A program made the position numbers and the translations under genes. The notes under the pieces are model-generated. The model was given only the letters and a program-made list of their open reading frames with translations. It did no database searches and was not told where the DNA came from. 58,674 nt of DNA from an uncultured Candidatus Saccharibacteria bacterium (GTDB lineage Bacteria > Patescibacteriota > Minisyncoccia > Phycocordibacterales > CAIZLB01): the NCBI GenBank assembly GCA_964367655.1, contig CAYIYJ010000003.1:3041-61714 (forward strand). Reading direction: 5' to 3'. The number at the start of each line of letters is the position of its first letter. Position 1 is the first letter of the stretch. Below, piece by piece: positions 1 to 9,227 of the stretch.

Positions 1-1194
1 AGACTATCAAAGATACTTGCAACAATCATGGCTGGAGGTCTTGCAACCAAAGCTTCTGATATACACATCGAAGCAGAAGAATCTTTTTCAAGATTAAGAT
101 ATCGTCTTGACGGTGTACTTGTTGAAGCAACACAATTCGATCTTGAAACATATCACTCACTACTTTCTCGTTTAAAACTTTTATCAGGATTAAAATTAAA
201 CATAAAAGAAAATGCACAAGACGGTAGATTTACAATAAAGATATATACAAACGATATTGAAATTCGTACTTCAACTATTCCAGGAGCTTATGGTGAATCA
301 ATTGTAATGCGTATCTTGAATCCGCAAGCAATCGCTTCAAGCTTGGCAGAGCTTGGTATGCCCAAGAAACTATACGATATAACAAAACGTGAGATCGGAA
401 GACCAAACGGTATGATTCTAGTAACTGGACCAACAGGTTCTGGAAAGACAACAACTTTGTATGCATTCTTAAAAGAAACAATGTCTCCTGATTTTAAAAT
501 CATTACCATTGAAGATCCTATCGAGTATCACCTTCCAGGAATTGTTCAAACTCAAGTAGAAGATGAGCGCGGATATACATTCAGTGCAGGACTTCGTTCT
601 GTTGTTCGACAAGATCCTGATATTATCCTTGTGGGTGAGATCCGAGACAATGAAACAGCTCTCACTGCAATAAACGCCGCATTAACAGGTCACCTTGTAT
701 TCTCTACCCTCCACACAAACAATGCTGCTGGAACTTTTACACGACTTATAGATCTTGGTGTTGATTCAAAAGTAATAACATCTGCAGTTCATCTCGCAAT
801 AGCACAACGCTTAGTTCGAAAACTATGTCCGGTATGTAAAAAACTTACACCTGTTTCAGATATACATAAAAAGCTTATAGATGAAACACTCACATCTCTT
901 ATTGGATATGATGAAGAACACTTGTTTACAAACACACCATCAGAATTACATACAGCTATTGGTTGTACATCATGTAACAATACAGGTTATCAAGGACGAG
1001 TTGGTGTGTATGAAGGAATACTTGCAGATAATGCAATAGAAGATACAGTAAGAATGAATCCAAGTGAGCGAGAAATTCATGAAGCTGCAAAACCTCAAAA
1101 AATATTAACAATGAGGCAAGATGGAGTAATAAAAGTATTACAAGGAACAACAACAATGGATGAATTAGAGAGAGTAATCGATCTCTATCAATAA
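1..1194 (+). CDS. GspE/PilB-family secretion or pilus ATPase, 5'-partial (frame is open to the window edge; first ATG at 28)
   Basis: Walker A GPTGSGKTTT; IIGEIRD-type motif ILVGEIRDNETA; TGHLVFSTLHTN; C-terminal tetracysteine CPVC...CTSC typical of GspE/PilB. No stop between nt 1 and 28 in this frame. Confidence 0.9.
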   Translation, partial: RLSKILATIMAGGLATKASDIHIEAEESFSRLRYRLDGVLVEATQFDLETYHSLLSRLKLLSGLKLNIKENAQDGRFTIKIYTNDIEIRTSTIPGAYGESIVMRILNPQAIASSLAELGMPKKLYDITKREIGRPNGMILVTGPTGSGKTTTLYAFLKETMSPDFKIITIEDPIEYHLPGIVQTQVEDERGYTFSAGLRSVVRQDPDIILVGEIRDNETALTAINAALTGHLVFSTLHTNNAAGTFTRLIDLGVDSKVITSAVHLAIAQRLVRKLCPVCKKLTPVSDIHKKLIDETLTSLIGYDEEHLFTNTPSELHTAIGCTSCNNTGYQGRVGVYEGILADNAIEDTVRMNPSEREIHEAAKPQKILTMRQDGVIKVLQGTTTMDELERVIDLYQ

Positions 1195-1198
1195 AACA

Positions 1199-1247
1199 AA
1201 AAAGTATTTTTGGAAAATTAATTCTAAAAATACTTTTTTATTTTTTC
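1199..1247 (+). terminator. Rho-independent terminator after the ATPase gene
   Basis: AAAAAGTATTTTT (1199-1211) pairs with AAAAATACTTTTT (1226-1238), followed by a T-run. Confidence 0.6.
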
Positions 1248-1307
1248 TCATCTTTTTTTCACAGCGTCAATTGTTTTTTTAAAACAAAAAGCGTACTATA
1301 CAAAACA

Positions 1308-1475
1308 GAATAGCTCCTTAAATCTCCAAGCAAAACTTTTGTCACATAGTGATAAAAGCTCAATGTATTTTTAAGGATAACCCCAGGAATATAGCATTGC
1401 TATACACCAAAGTGTCCTCTAAATTACACCAAAAAACCCAAGAGGTTTGTTGCTTGGAGACTCAAGAAGCTATGC
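1308..1475 (+). ncRNA. Candidate structured RNA of unknown class
   Basis: Long-range closing helix ATAGCT(1310-1315)/AGCTAT(1468-1473) and CTCCAAGCAA(1324-1333)/TTGCTTGGAG(1450-1459). It encloses local hairpins CTTTTGTCAC-ata-GTGATAAAAG, ATAGC-att-GCTAT and CCTCT...AGAGG. A G-T pair in the second hairpin favours the plus strand. No known RNA family recognised. Confidence 0.25.
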
Positions 1476-1505
1476 ATGACACAACTCAATAGTCTCGTGT
1501 ATAAT
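1476..1505 (+). promoter_or_regulatory. Sigma70-like promoter for ruvB
   Basis: ATGACA (1476-1481), 18-nt spacer, extended -10 TGTATAAT (1498-1505). If used, transcription starts after the 1504 ATG, which favours the 1540 ATG as the ruvB start. Confidence 0.35.
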
Positions 1506-2595
1506 GTTGTTAAACAGCTCTTTTAACTTTCTTAACTCGATGGTTTTCCTAAACCAACGATATCTAGTATATCATAGTCAACAACCCGTGTCAAGCGACC
1601 CTATAAACTCAAAAAAGAATACCCCTGAAGACAAGGTTTTGGACCAAACCCTACGTCCAGACGCGTTTTCTGAGTATATAGGGCAAGAAAACATCAAACA
1701 AAACCTACATATACTACTTACAGCAGCAAAACAGAGAAATCACTCTCCTGAACACATACTTTTCTACGGACCTCCAGGACTTGGTAAGACCACCCTTGCC
1801 CACCTTATCGCTAAAGAACTAGGTGTTCAGATGAAAGTCACGTCTGGACCTGCTATAGAGCGTGTGGGAGACCTTGCATCAGTACTAACCAACCTATCTC
1901 CTGGAGATATTCTTTTTATAGATGAAATCCATCGTTTGAACAAAAACGTTGAAGAGATCCTTTATCCAGCCATGGAATCAGGCCAGATGGATATTATAGT
2001 AGGTAAAGGGCCTTCAGCTCGTACAATCCAACTAGAACTACCCCCTTTTACCCTCATAGCAGCTACAACACGTATAGCTATGATATCTTCACCTCTACGA
2101 TCTCGCTTCTCAGGAGGAGTATTTCGCTTGGAATTTTATAAAGATGAAGAAATACAACATATTATAGAACGTTCAGCTCGTATCCTTAATATTCCCCTTT
2201 CAAATTCAGCTTCAAAGCACATAGCGGCCAGAAGCAGAAAAACACCAAGAACTGCAAACTATTTACTCAAAAGATGTCGAGACCTTGCCCAGATATATAG
2301 TAAAGATCTCGATGAGGATATTGTTATGGAAGCATTAAACATGATAGGTACTGACAGAGTTGGTCTAAACAAGTCAGACATAGATATACTTGAGGTGATT
2401 ATTAATAAATACAAAGGAGGACCTGTAGGTCTATCAACAATAGCAGCATCTTTATCTGAGGATGAGGCTACTATAGAAGATTTTAATGAACCATATCTTA
2501 TACAATTAGGTTTTATAGAAAGAACACCTCGCGGACGAGTATGTACTGAAAAAGCTTACGAACACCTAGGAATACCTTATATCTCACAAGAGTAG
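1504..2595 (+). CDS. ruvB: Holliday junction branch-migration helicase RuvB (alternative start ATG 1540)
   Basis: LRPDAFSEYIGQENIK, Walker A GPPGLGKTTLA, Walker B LFIDEIHRL, TTRIAMISSPLRSRF, C-terminal winged-helix region. Confidence 0.95.
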   Translation: MLLNSSFNFLNSMVFLNQRYLVYHSQQPVSSDPINSKKNTPEDKVLDQTLRPDAFSEYIGQENIKQNLHILLTAAKQRNHSPEHILFYGPPGLGKTTLAHLIAKELGVQMKVTSGPAIERVGDLASVLTNLSPGDILFIDEIHRLNKNVEEILYPAMESGQMDIIVGKGPSARTIQLELPPFTLIAATTRIAMISSPLRSRFSGGVFRLEFYKDEEIQHIIERSARILNIPLSNSASKHIAARSRKTPRTANYLLKRCRDLAQIYSKDLDEDIVMEALNMIGTDRVGLNKSDIDILEVIINKYKGGPVGLSTIAASLSEDEATIEDFNEPYLIQLGFIERTPRGRVCTEKAYEHLGIPYISQE

Positions 2596-2596
2596 T

Positions 2597-3088
2597 ATGA
2601 CAAAAAGAATCATTAGTATTGACCCCGGATATGAAAGACTTGGTGTAGCCATTTTGGAAAAAGACTCTCGAGGTCAGATCACACTTCTTCACTCAGAATG
2701 TTTTAAAACATTAGCTAAGTTAGATTTTGTATCTAGACTGGTTTTGATTGGTGATTGTGTGCAAAAAAATATAACAGAATATAACCCCTCAACCCTTGCC
2801 ATAGAGAATCTTTTCTTGTCTACAAATCAAAAAACTGCGATGCGTGTTGCTGAGACTCGCGGAGCTATTTTGTATATAGCAAAAAAAGCACAACTCTCTA
2901 TACATGAGTTAACACCCTTGCAAATCAAATCTAGCCTTACAGGTAACGGTAGAAGTGATAAAACCGCAGTTGAAAAAATGATCAAAATAATTCTCCCCCA
3001 CCTCAAAAAAGAAACTTTAAAAATAGATGATGAATATGATGCTATTGCCTGTGGATTATCTTATTTTGCATTAGAAAAAAGTTTATGA
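2597..3088 (+). CDS. ruvC: Crossover junction endodeoxyribonuclease RuvC
   Basis: IISIDPGYERLGVAILE, AIENLF, DEYDAIACGL; begins 1 nt after the ruvB stop. Confidence 0.9.
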   Translation: MTKRIISIDPGYERLGVAILEKDSRGQITLLHSECFKTLAKLDFVSRLVLIGDCVQKNITEYNPSTLAIENLFLSTNQKTAMRVAETRGAILYIAKKAQLSIHELTPLQIKSSLTGNGRSDKTAVEKMIKIILPHLKKETLKIDDEYDAIACGLSYFALEKSL

Positions 3089-3113
3089 TACATATGTATG
3101 TATTATAAAAAAT

Positions 3114-3368
3114 ATGTCTAAGAAAAAAGTCTCACAAAATACAAATTCAGACGATGCAGTAATACCACCAATGGAACAATTGGCAGAAGGTGATCTTGAA
3201 GGTGTTTTGGTTGAAGAAGTTGAAATTACAGAATTTATCGAGGTGCACATTCTTGAAGAAGAAGACGAAGAGTTTGATAGTGTGTTCCCTACCTCAGGAG
3301 CAAAAAAGTTAACACAAGAAGAGTTGGAGGATGCTGAGGATTTTGATAGTTACTTTTTCGAAGAATAG
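3114..3368 (+). CDS. Small, highly acidic hypothetical protein
   Basis: 84-aa ORF rich in E/D with no recognisable motif. Coding status is uncertain. Confidence 0.35.
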   Translation: MSKKKVSQNTNSDDAVIPPMEQLAEGDLEGVLVEEVEITEFIEVHILEEEDEEFDSVFPTSGAKKLTQEELEDAEDFDSYFFEE

Positions 3369-3384
3369 GAATACAATACTATAT

Positions 3385-5832
3385 ATGTTTACATTTCTCA
3401 AAAAAATCTTCTACAAGGTGGAAGATATTATTATTTCAATGATAGTTGGAATATATCGTTTTTTCAAAAGAAGAAAAGGTAGTACTCTTAGAAAGATTTT
3501 TCTAACACTACTATCTTTAGGAATGTTATGTATTGCAATATTTGCAATATGGTTTACATCTCTAAAAACACCCAGTCTCAATGCCTTTGATGATAAGCTT
3601 CTTGGTCAGTCAGCTAAGATTTATGATCGTACTGGAACAATACTTTTGTATGACCTAAGTCAAAAAGTCAGAAGATCTGTTGTACCACTTGATAAGATCT
3701 CAAAGAATATAGTGAACGCAACAATTGCAATTGAAGATGCTGATTTTTATAATCATGGGGGTATACGAATAAAATCAATATTCAGAGCTGCTTTAAGAAA
3801 TATAACCAGTGGTGGTTATAGCGAAGGAGGTTCAACAATAACTCAACAGGTTATTAAAAACTCTTTGCTTACAAAAGAAAAAACTATCTCTCGTAAAATA
3901 AAAGAGATTTTCCTAGCAATCAAACTTGAGAAAACAACTTCAAAAGATGAGATTATTCACCTATATCTAAACAACTCACCTTACGGTGGTAACATCTACG
4001 GAGTAGAAGAAGCCTCACAACTATTCTTTGGAAAACATGCGGTTGACATAACACTAGCCGAGGCAGCAGTACTTGCTTCCCTACCTAAAGCACCATCAAC
4101 ATACAATCCTTATGGAACAAAAAAAGATTTACTTATAGAGCGAAAAAATCTTGTTCTTAGCAAGATGTATGAATACAAGATGATTACAGAGGAAGAAATG
4201 AAAACAGCTCAAGCTGAGCAGTTGATATTCCAACCAAGAAATCTTGGATCTATAAAAGCAGCTCACTTTGTGATGTACTTGAAAGATCAACTTATAGAAA
4301 AGTATGGAGAGAAGAAGTTGGAAGAAGGAGGTTTTACAGTGGTTAGTACAATCGATTACACAATGCAAAAAAGATTAGAAGATCTTGTACTTGATTATGT
4401 AAAGAAAAATCAAAAAAAGTTTAACGCAGAAAACGCCAGTGTTGTTGTATTAGATCCTAAAACAGGACAAATCCTTGCAATGGTTGGATCACGTGATTAC
4501 TTTGATACTGAGATAGATGGAAACTACAATATTGCAACAGCAAAAAGACAACCTGGTTCTTCTTTTAAACCTTTTGTGTTTGCGACAGCTTTCAATAAAG
4601 GTTTTACAGATAAAACAGTTCTGTTCGATACAGCTACTGAATTTTCTGCAAGCTGTACACCTGACCATGTACCAAAATTTACAGGTGCAACATGTTACAA
4701 TCCTCAGAACTATGAAGGAGGCTTCAAAGGCCCTATGTCTATCCGTATGGCATTGGGAGCATCAAGAAACATTCCAGCTGTAAAAACTGCATATCTTGTA
4801 GGAGTACAGTCAATCATTGATACAGCAAAAAGTATGGGTATAGAAGGACTATCAACTGCCGAGAATTATGGACTTTCTATCGCTCTTGGAGCTGCTGATG
4901 TGTCTCTACTTGATATGGTTGGTGGATATTCTGTATTTGCAAATGATGGAGTAAAAAATAAAATAGAAGGAATTCTTGTGATAAAAGATAATAAAGACAG
5001 TGTTTTGTATGAAGTTGAACCTGTGACAACAAGAGTTCTACCTGAACAAACAGCACGTCTTATGAATGACATTCTTAGTGATCCTATCGCGAGAAATTCT
5101 ATATTTGTCCGAAACTACTTCAAAAACGATGTTGTTGCCTTAAAAACAGGTACAACAAACAACTCTAGAGATGCTTGGATGATTGGATATACACCAACAA
5201 TAGCTGTCGGTGCTTGGATGGGAAATAACGACAACAGAGTCATGAATCAAATTGCATCAGCGCTTATTGTTGGACCTCTATGGAAATCAATCATGGATGA
5301 ATTACTAAAGACAGTACCGAAAGAATCTTTTGTTAAGCCTGACACAATAAGTAGTGATGTAAAACCTTTTATGAGAGGAGTATATCAAACAGAGGAAGGA
5401 GTATCACATTCAGAATTATACTGGATTGATCCTAAAAACCCTGCAGGACCAAGTCCTTCAAATCCAGAAAAAGATCCTTCTTTTTACAACTGGGAGAGAT
5501 CAATTTATGTAAAAGAGGTTGTTAGCACATCAACAGTTGATTCAACAGGTTCACAAAGTTTCAAAATATCAATCGTTGGTAGTAAATTCTATCTATCTCC
5601 ACAATCATCAGTCAGAGTACAAGTTTCTGGAACAACACAAGATACACTTCGTGTAGACTATTACATAAATGGAAGTAAGGTGAGTGAAAATTCTCTAGCA
5701 CCCTTCTCTGCTTATATAGACCTATCAAAGATAACTGATCTTGATCCAGAAAATGAAATAAAAGCTTTTGAATACAAAAAAGCTGGAGGAGAGCCACGAG
5801 TATCATCAGTAGGATTTACAATACAAGAGTAG
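3385..5832 (+). CDS. Bifunctional class A penicillin-binding protein (transglycosylase/transpeptidase); maximal ORF starts at 3331
   Basis: N-terminal TM helix. GT51 motifs EDADFYNHGGI, GGSTITQQ, RKIKE. Transpeptidase motifs SSFKP (SxxK), SRN, KTGT. ATG 3385 avoids overlap with the upstream ORF. Confidence 0.9.
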   Translation: MFTFLKKIFYKVEDIIISMIVGIYRFFKRRKGSTLRKIFLTLLSLGMLCIAIFAIWFTSLKTPSLNAFDDKLLGQSAKIYDRTGTILLYDLSQKVRRSVVPLDKISKNIVNATIAIEDADFYNHGGIRIKSIFRAALRNITSGGYSEGGSTITQQVIKNSLLTKEKTISRKIKEIFLAIKLEKTTSKDEIIHLYLNNSPYGGNIYGVEEASQLFFGKHAVDITLAEAAVLASLPKAPSTYNPYGTKKDLLIERKNLVLSKMYEYKMITEEEMKTAQAEQLIFQPRNLGSIKAAHFVMYLKDQLIEKYGEKKLEEGGFTVVSTIDYTMQKRLEDLVLDYVKKNQKKFNAENASVVVLDPKTGQILAMVGSRDYFDTEIDGNYNIATAKRQPGSSFKPFVFATAFNKGFTDKTVLFDTATEFSASCTPDHVPKFTGATCYNPQNYEGGFKGPMSIRMALGASRNIPAVKTAYLVGVQSIIDTAKSMGIEGLSTAENYGLSIALGAADVSLLDMVGGYSVFANDGVKNKIEGILVIKDNKDSVLYEVEPVTTRVLPEQTARLMNDILSDPIARNSIFVRNYFKNDVVALKTGTTNNSRDAWMIGYTPTIAVGAWMGNNDNRVMNQIASALIVGPLWKSIMDELLKTVPKESFVKPDTISSDVKPFMRGVYQTEEGVSHSELYWIDPKNPAGPSPSNPEKDPSFYNWERSIYVKEVVSTSTVDSTGSQSFKISIVGSKFYLSPQSSVRVQVSGTTQDTLRVDYYINGSKVSENSLAPFSAYIDLSKITDLDPENEIKAFEYKKAGGEPRVSSVGFTIQE

Positions 5833-6076
5833 TCAGTTTAAGCTGTGATCGTATCTGATCCTGTATTACATCTTTATATAAAAGTATCTTGATCTTCTTA
5901 GATCCAGATACTTTTATTGTATATGCAGTGTCTTTAATAATAATATTATCAGACATAATTGATATACCCGACACCTTCTTGATAATAGAAACAATCTCTT
6001 CTTTATTATCAAAACCAGCTTGCTTTTTTAAATCCTCAGAAAGTTGAGATAGGTTTTTACCAATATCAAGCATCAT
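5816..6076 (-). CDS. Small protein downstream of dnaN, possibly DUF721/DciA-like
   Basis: 86-aa ORF 6 nt downstream of dnaN. The pattern IIIKDTAYTIKVSGSKKIKILLYKDVIQDQI resembles the DUF721 core. Its 3' end overlaps the convergent PBP gene by 17 nt. Confidence 0.4.
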   Translation of the reverse strand: MMLDIGKNLSQLSEDLKKQAGFDNKEEIVSIIKKVSGISIMSDNIIIKDTAYTIKVSGSKKIKILLYKDVIQDQIRSQLKLTTLVL

Positions 6077-6082
6077 ATAAAC

Positions 6083-7246
6083 TTATTTATTCATAGGCAT
6101 AACTAGATAGGTATATGATGGATCATTTTTAACCCTAAGGATGGTTGGAGTTGATTTACCACTGATATCTATAGTTATCAAATCATCTTTTATTCTATTA
6201 ACAAAATCAGACAAATATCTATGGTTGTAACTTTGACTAATATTTTCACCTTGTTTTTTAATATCCTTCTTGAAGACAGACTCCCCCACATTGCTATTCT
6301 TAGAATTAAGAATAATAGAGCTGTCTTGAATATCAAGCTTTACATAGTTAAATTCATCGGAAAATAGATTTGAAGCTTTAATTCCAGAGATAAAATCACT
6401 AGAGAATATCTCAATATTGGTTACAAAGGCTTTAGGAAAAATAGCCTGATAGTTAGGGTAAGAACCAGATATTATTCTAAGTGAAATAATACTGTCTGGT
6501 ATGTTTATACACAAAGTACCCTTTTGAATAGACAGCTGTAATTCAATACCAGGAGAGATTATCTTTAGACAATCTTGAATTATCTTTGAAGGTATCAATA
6601 TCTGTTTAAAATCGTCTACGTTAGCTGAATTTATACGTACCTGTGACTTATCTGCATTTGATACAGAAAAACGTTTTTCAGCCAATCTAAAGGCATCTGT
6701 AGCCACAAAAACAACAGCTTCGTTTGATACAGACATCATCACACAAGATAATTCAGGTTTTATACTTGTTACAGCAGCTGCAAAAGACACAGCTTGTATA
6801 CCTTGAATCAATAAATCAGATGATATAGTCACTTTTTCACTGTCTGACGTCTCTTTTAGACTATTCTGAATCTCTAAGGTTTTAGGATAATCAGTTGCAG
6901 ATACCCCATTTATTGTTGATTTTTGATTATTTATACTAAAAACAAGACTTTTTTCAGAAAAACCGATTTTTACCTGATCTTCTTTATTAAAAAGACCTAA
7001 ATAAGACATGATGAGACCTCCTGAAACACAAATAGACTGTTTTTTAAAGGTATTTTCAGTAGTTTTTACAAAAACATCTTGTATATACAGTATATCCAAG
7101 TTATTTGCAGTAACCCTTAGAGTTGAGTCATCAACCAAATCAAGTAAAATATACTCCAAAACAGGTATTTGAGGGTTTTTAGTAGTTATCTTTGATGCTT
7201 TTGAAATAGCTTCAAACAAAATCTCGTTTACGGTAGTTATCTCCAT
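6083..7246 (-). CDS. dnaN: DNA polymerase III beta sliding clamp
   Basis: 387 aa; N-terminus ...KNPQIPVLEYILLD, C-terminus YLVMPMNK; lies immediately downstream of dnaA. Confidence 0.93.
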   Translation of the reverse strand: MEITTVNEILFEAISKASKITTKNPQIPVLEYILLDLVDDSTLRVTANNLDILYIQDVFVKTTENTFKKQSICVSGGLIMSYLGLFNKEDQVKIGFSEKSLVFSINNQKSTINGVSATDYPKTLEIQNSLKETSDSEKVTISSDLLIQGIQAVSFAAAVTSIKPELSCVMMSVSNEAVVFVATDAFRLAEKRFSVSNADKSQVRINSANVDDFKQILIPSKIIQDCLKIISPGIELQLSIQKGTLCINIPDSIISLRIISGSYPNYQAIFPKAFVTNIEIFSSDFISGIKASNLFSDEFNYVKLDIQDSSIILNSKNSNVGESVFKKDIKKQGENISQSYNHRYLSDFVNRIKDDLITIDISGKSTPTILRVKNDPSYTYLVMPMNK

Positions 7247-7560
7247 GTGTATATCTTACTCTTTTTATTTATATTTAATACAAATCAAAGCCATTAAGGG
7301 TGTGGATTAGTTGATAAGTCTAATAAATCTTTATTTTAAAGGGTTAAAACAGTATTTTTATGTGGATAAGTGTGTGTATACCTGTGGATATTGTGGATAC
7401 TTATACATAGAGGTATGTGTGTATGTGGATATGTAGTTTAAAAAGATTACTTTATACAGTAGTTATACATAACTTATGCAAAGGATATCCTCAATTAATC
7501 TACAACTTATAAACATAGATATACACATTAATAACCCACATATCCACATAGTTATACACA
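7247..7560. promoter_or_regulatory. oriC candidate in the dnaA-dnaN intergenic region, with a DnaA-box array and AT-rich stretch
   Basis: Boxes in one orientation: TGTGGATTA 7301-7309, TGTGGATAA 7361-7369, TGTGGATAT 7383-7391, TGTGGATAC 7392-7400, TGTGGATAT 7424-7432. Inverted box ATATCCACA 7540-7548. AT-rich run 7261-7290 next to dnaN. Confidence 0.7.
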
Positions 7561-8922
7561 TTATACTCGCAACATCGATCGTATCTGCCCCACTTCCTCT
7601 AGTATCTGATTGTTTGATTTTAACTCCTCAGAGATCTTTTCGCAGGCATGTAACACTGTTGTATGGTCTCTTCCCCCTAGTTTTTGACCAATAGAAGATA
7701 AGGAATTACTAAAGTCTTCTCTAAGTAAATACATAAGTATTTGTCTAGGTAGTGCAATTTCTTGTTTTCTGTTTTTATCCATCAAAGCCTGCTCTTCAAT
7801 TTTGTAAAATGATGCTACAGCCTTTAAAACATCTTTAAAAGTAATGCTTTTTGAAGATTTCGATACATTTTTTGTAAGGGTCTTTACTTCATCTAAGGTT
7901 AGAGGTCTTCCCCGTAGATCTGACTGCATTGATATGTTGTTTATAATACCTTCTATTTCTCGAATACTCCCTTCAAGTGTTTCGGCTAGGTATTGAACAC
8001 AGTTATCCTCTAGTGTTGACTGGGTTGAAGATAGTTTTGAACGTATGATGGCAATCTTTGACTCTGTATCAATCTTTGTTATGTCAACGATCATACCTTG
8101 AGAAAACCTTGATCTTAAACGACTTTCTAGGTTTTGGAGGTAGTTTGGGTGCTGGTCTGATGAAAAAATGATTTGTTTTTGATTGTCGTATAGATAATTG
8201 AACAAATGGAACAATTCTTCCTGAGTTTTCTCCTTATTTGATAGAAATTGGATATCATCCATGATTAACAGGTCATATTTACGGTATTTCTCCTTAAAAG
8301 AAGAAGCTTTATTGTTCTGAAGTGATGAAATATAGTCGTTTGTAAAGCGCTCAGATGTTACGTAGTAAACCTTCTTGTTAAGGCTGTGCTTGTAGTAGTT
8401 TCCTACAGCTTGCATGAGATGGGTCTTCCCTACCCCGGTACTACCGTGGAAGAATAATGGGTTATATACTGCTGGTTTCTTAATAACAGCCTGTGCTGAA
8501 GCATATGCGAGCTCGTTGAAAGATCCTACAACGAAAGATTCGAAGATGTACTTAGGGTTTAGATTGTCATGTAGGTCTATATAGTGGTCTTTTAAAGGTA
8601 ATTCGTTCTTCTGTGCGGTGTTTTGCCCCCCTTTTTCTTCTATAATAGGCTTATTTTTGTCTGTTTTAGGTACTACTGGAGCAATAACGTATTCTACGTT
8701 TTTAACGTCAGAGTGAGCCTCGCGGAAAAAGTTCAATATCTTGGTTACATACTTGTTCTGGATCCAATCCTTAGCAAAAGGGTTTTTTACGTTTATATAG
8801 ACTATTCCGTCCTGGTAAGAGTCCACCTGGGCATCCTTAAGCCAGGCATTATACGCTGAGGGTGTAACATCTTTCTTTATTCTTTCTAATATATTTTTCC
8901 AAATAGTTATGATATCTACCAT
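7561..8922 (-). CDS. dnaA: Chromosomal replication initiator DnaA
   Basis: Walker A GSTGVGKTHL, Walker B LLIMDDIQFL, C-terminal DNA-binding region GGRDHTTVLHACEKI. Confidence 0.97.
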   Translation of the reverse strand: MVDIITIWKNILERIKKDVTPSAYNAWLKDAQVDSYQDGIVYINVKNPFAKDWIQNKYVTKILNFFREAHSDVKNVEYVIAPVVPKTDKNKPIIEEKGGQNTAQKNELPLKDHYIDLHDNLNPKYIFESFVVGSFNELAYASAQAVIKKPAVYNPLFFHGSTGVGKTHLMQAVGNYYKHSLNKKVYYVTSERFTNDYISSLQNNKASSFKEKYRKYDLLIMDDIQFLSNKEKTQEELFHLFNYLYDNQKQIIFSSDQHPNYLQNLESRLRSRFSQGMIVDITKIDTESKIAIIRSKLSSTQSTLEDNCVQYLAETLEGSIREIEGIINNISMQSDLRGRPLTLDEVKTLTKNVSKSSKSITFKDVLKAVASFYKIEEQALMDKNRKQEIALPRQILMYLLREDFSNSLSSIGQKLGGRDHTTVLHACEKISEELKSNNQILEEVGQIRSMLRV

Positions 8923-8969
8923 GTGGATAAATTATATCGCTGTGGATAAGTTTAGGTACTTGTGGATAA
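8922..8969. repeat. Three perfect DnaA boxes upstream of dnaA
   Basis: TGTGGATAA at 8922-8930, 8941-8949 and 8961-8969, spaced 19 and 20 nt apart. The first box shares nt 8922 with the dnaA start codon. Confidence 0.8.
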
Positions 8970-9066
8970 CTCAGTTTAGTGGTCGATTTTGTTATTATAG
9001 GTATTTTACCCAAAAAAGACCCAAACCCTTGTATTTTATGGAAAATAATGTATATTAGTAAACATT

Positions 9067-9210
9067 ATGTCATTTACCTATAATCCTAAAGTAAAAAAAA
9101 GAGCTAAGACTCACGGCTTTCTTTCTAGATCAAAAACACATGGTGGAAAGAGAACTTTGCAGGCTCGACGTCGAAAAGGACGAAAAAACCTTTCAACTGT
9201 AGGTTCATAA
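9067..9210 (+). CDS. rpmH: 50S ribosomal protein L34 (absent from the ORF track because it is under 60 aa)
   Basis: Hand translation gives MSFTYNPKVKKRAKTHGFLSRSKTHGGKRTLQARRRKGRKNLSTVGS. This shows the L34 pattern (HGF..R......G...L..RR.KGRK.L) in the canonical position before rnpA. Confidence 0.9.
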   Translation: MSFTYNPKVKKRAKTHGFLSRSKTHGGKRTLQARRRKGRKNLSTVGS

Positions 9211-9227
9211 TAGTAATATATCTGTAT

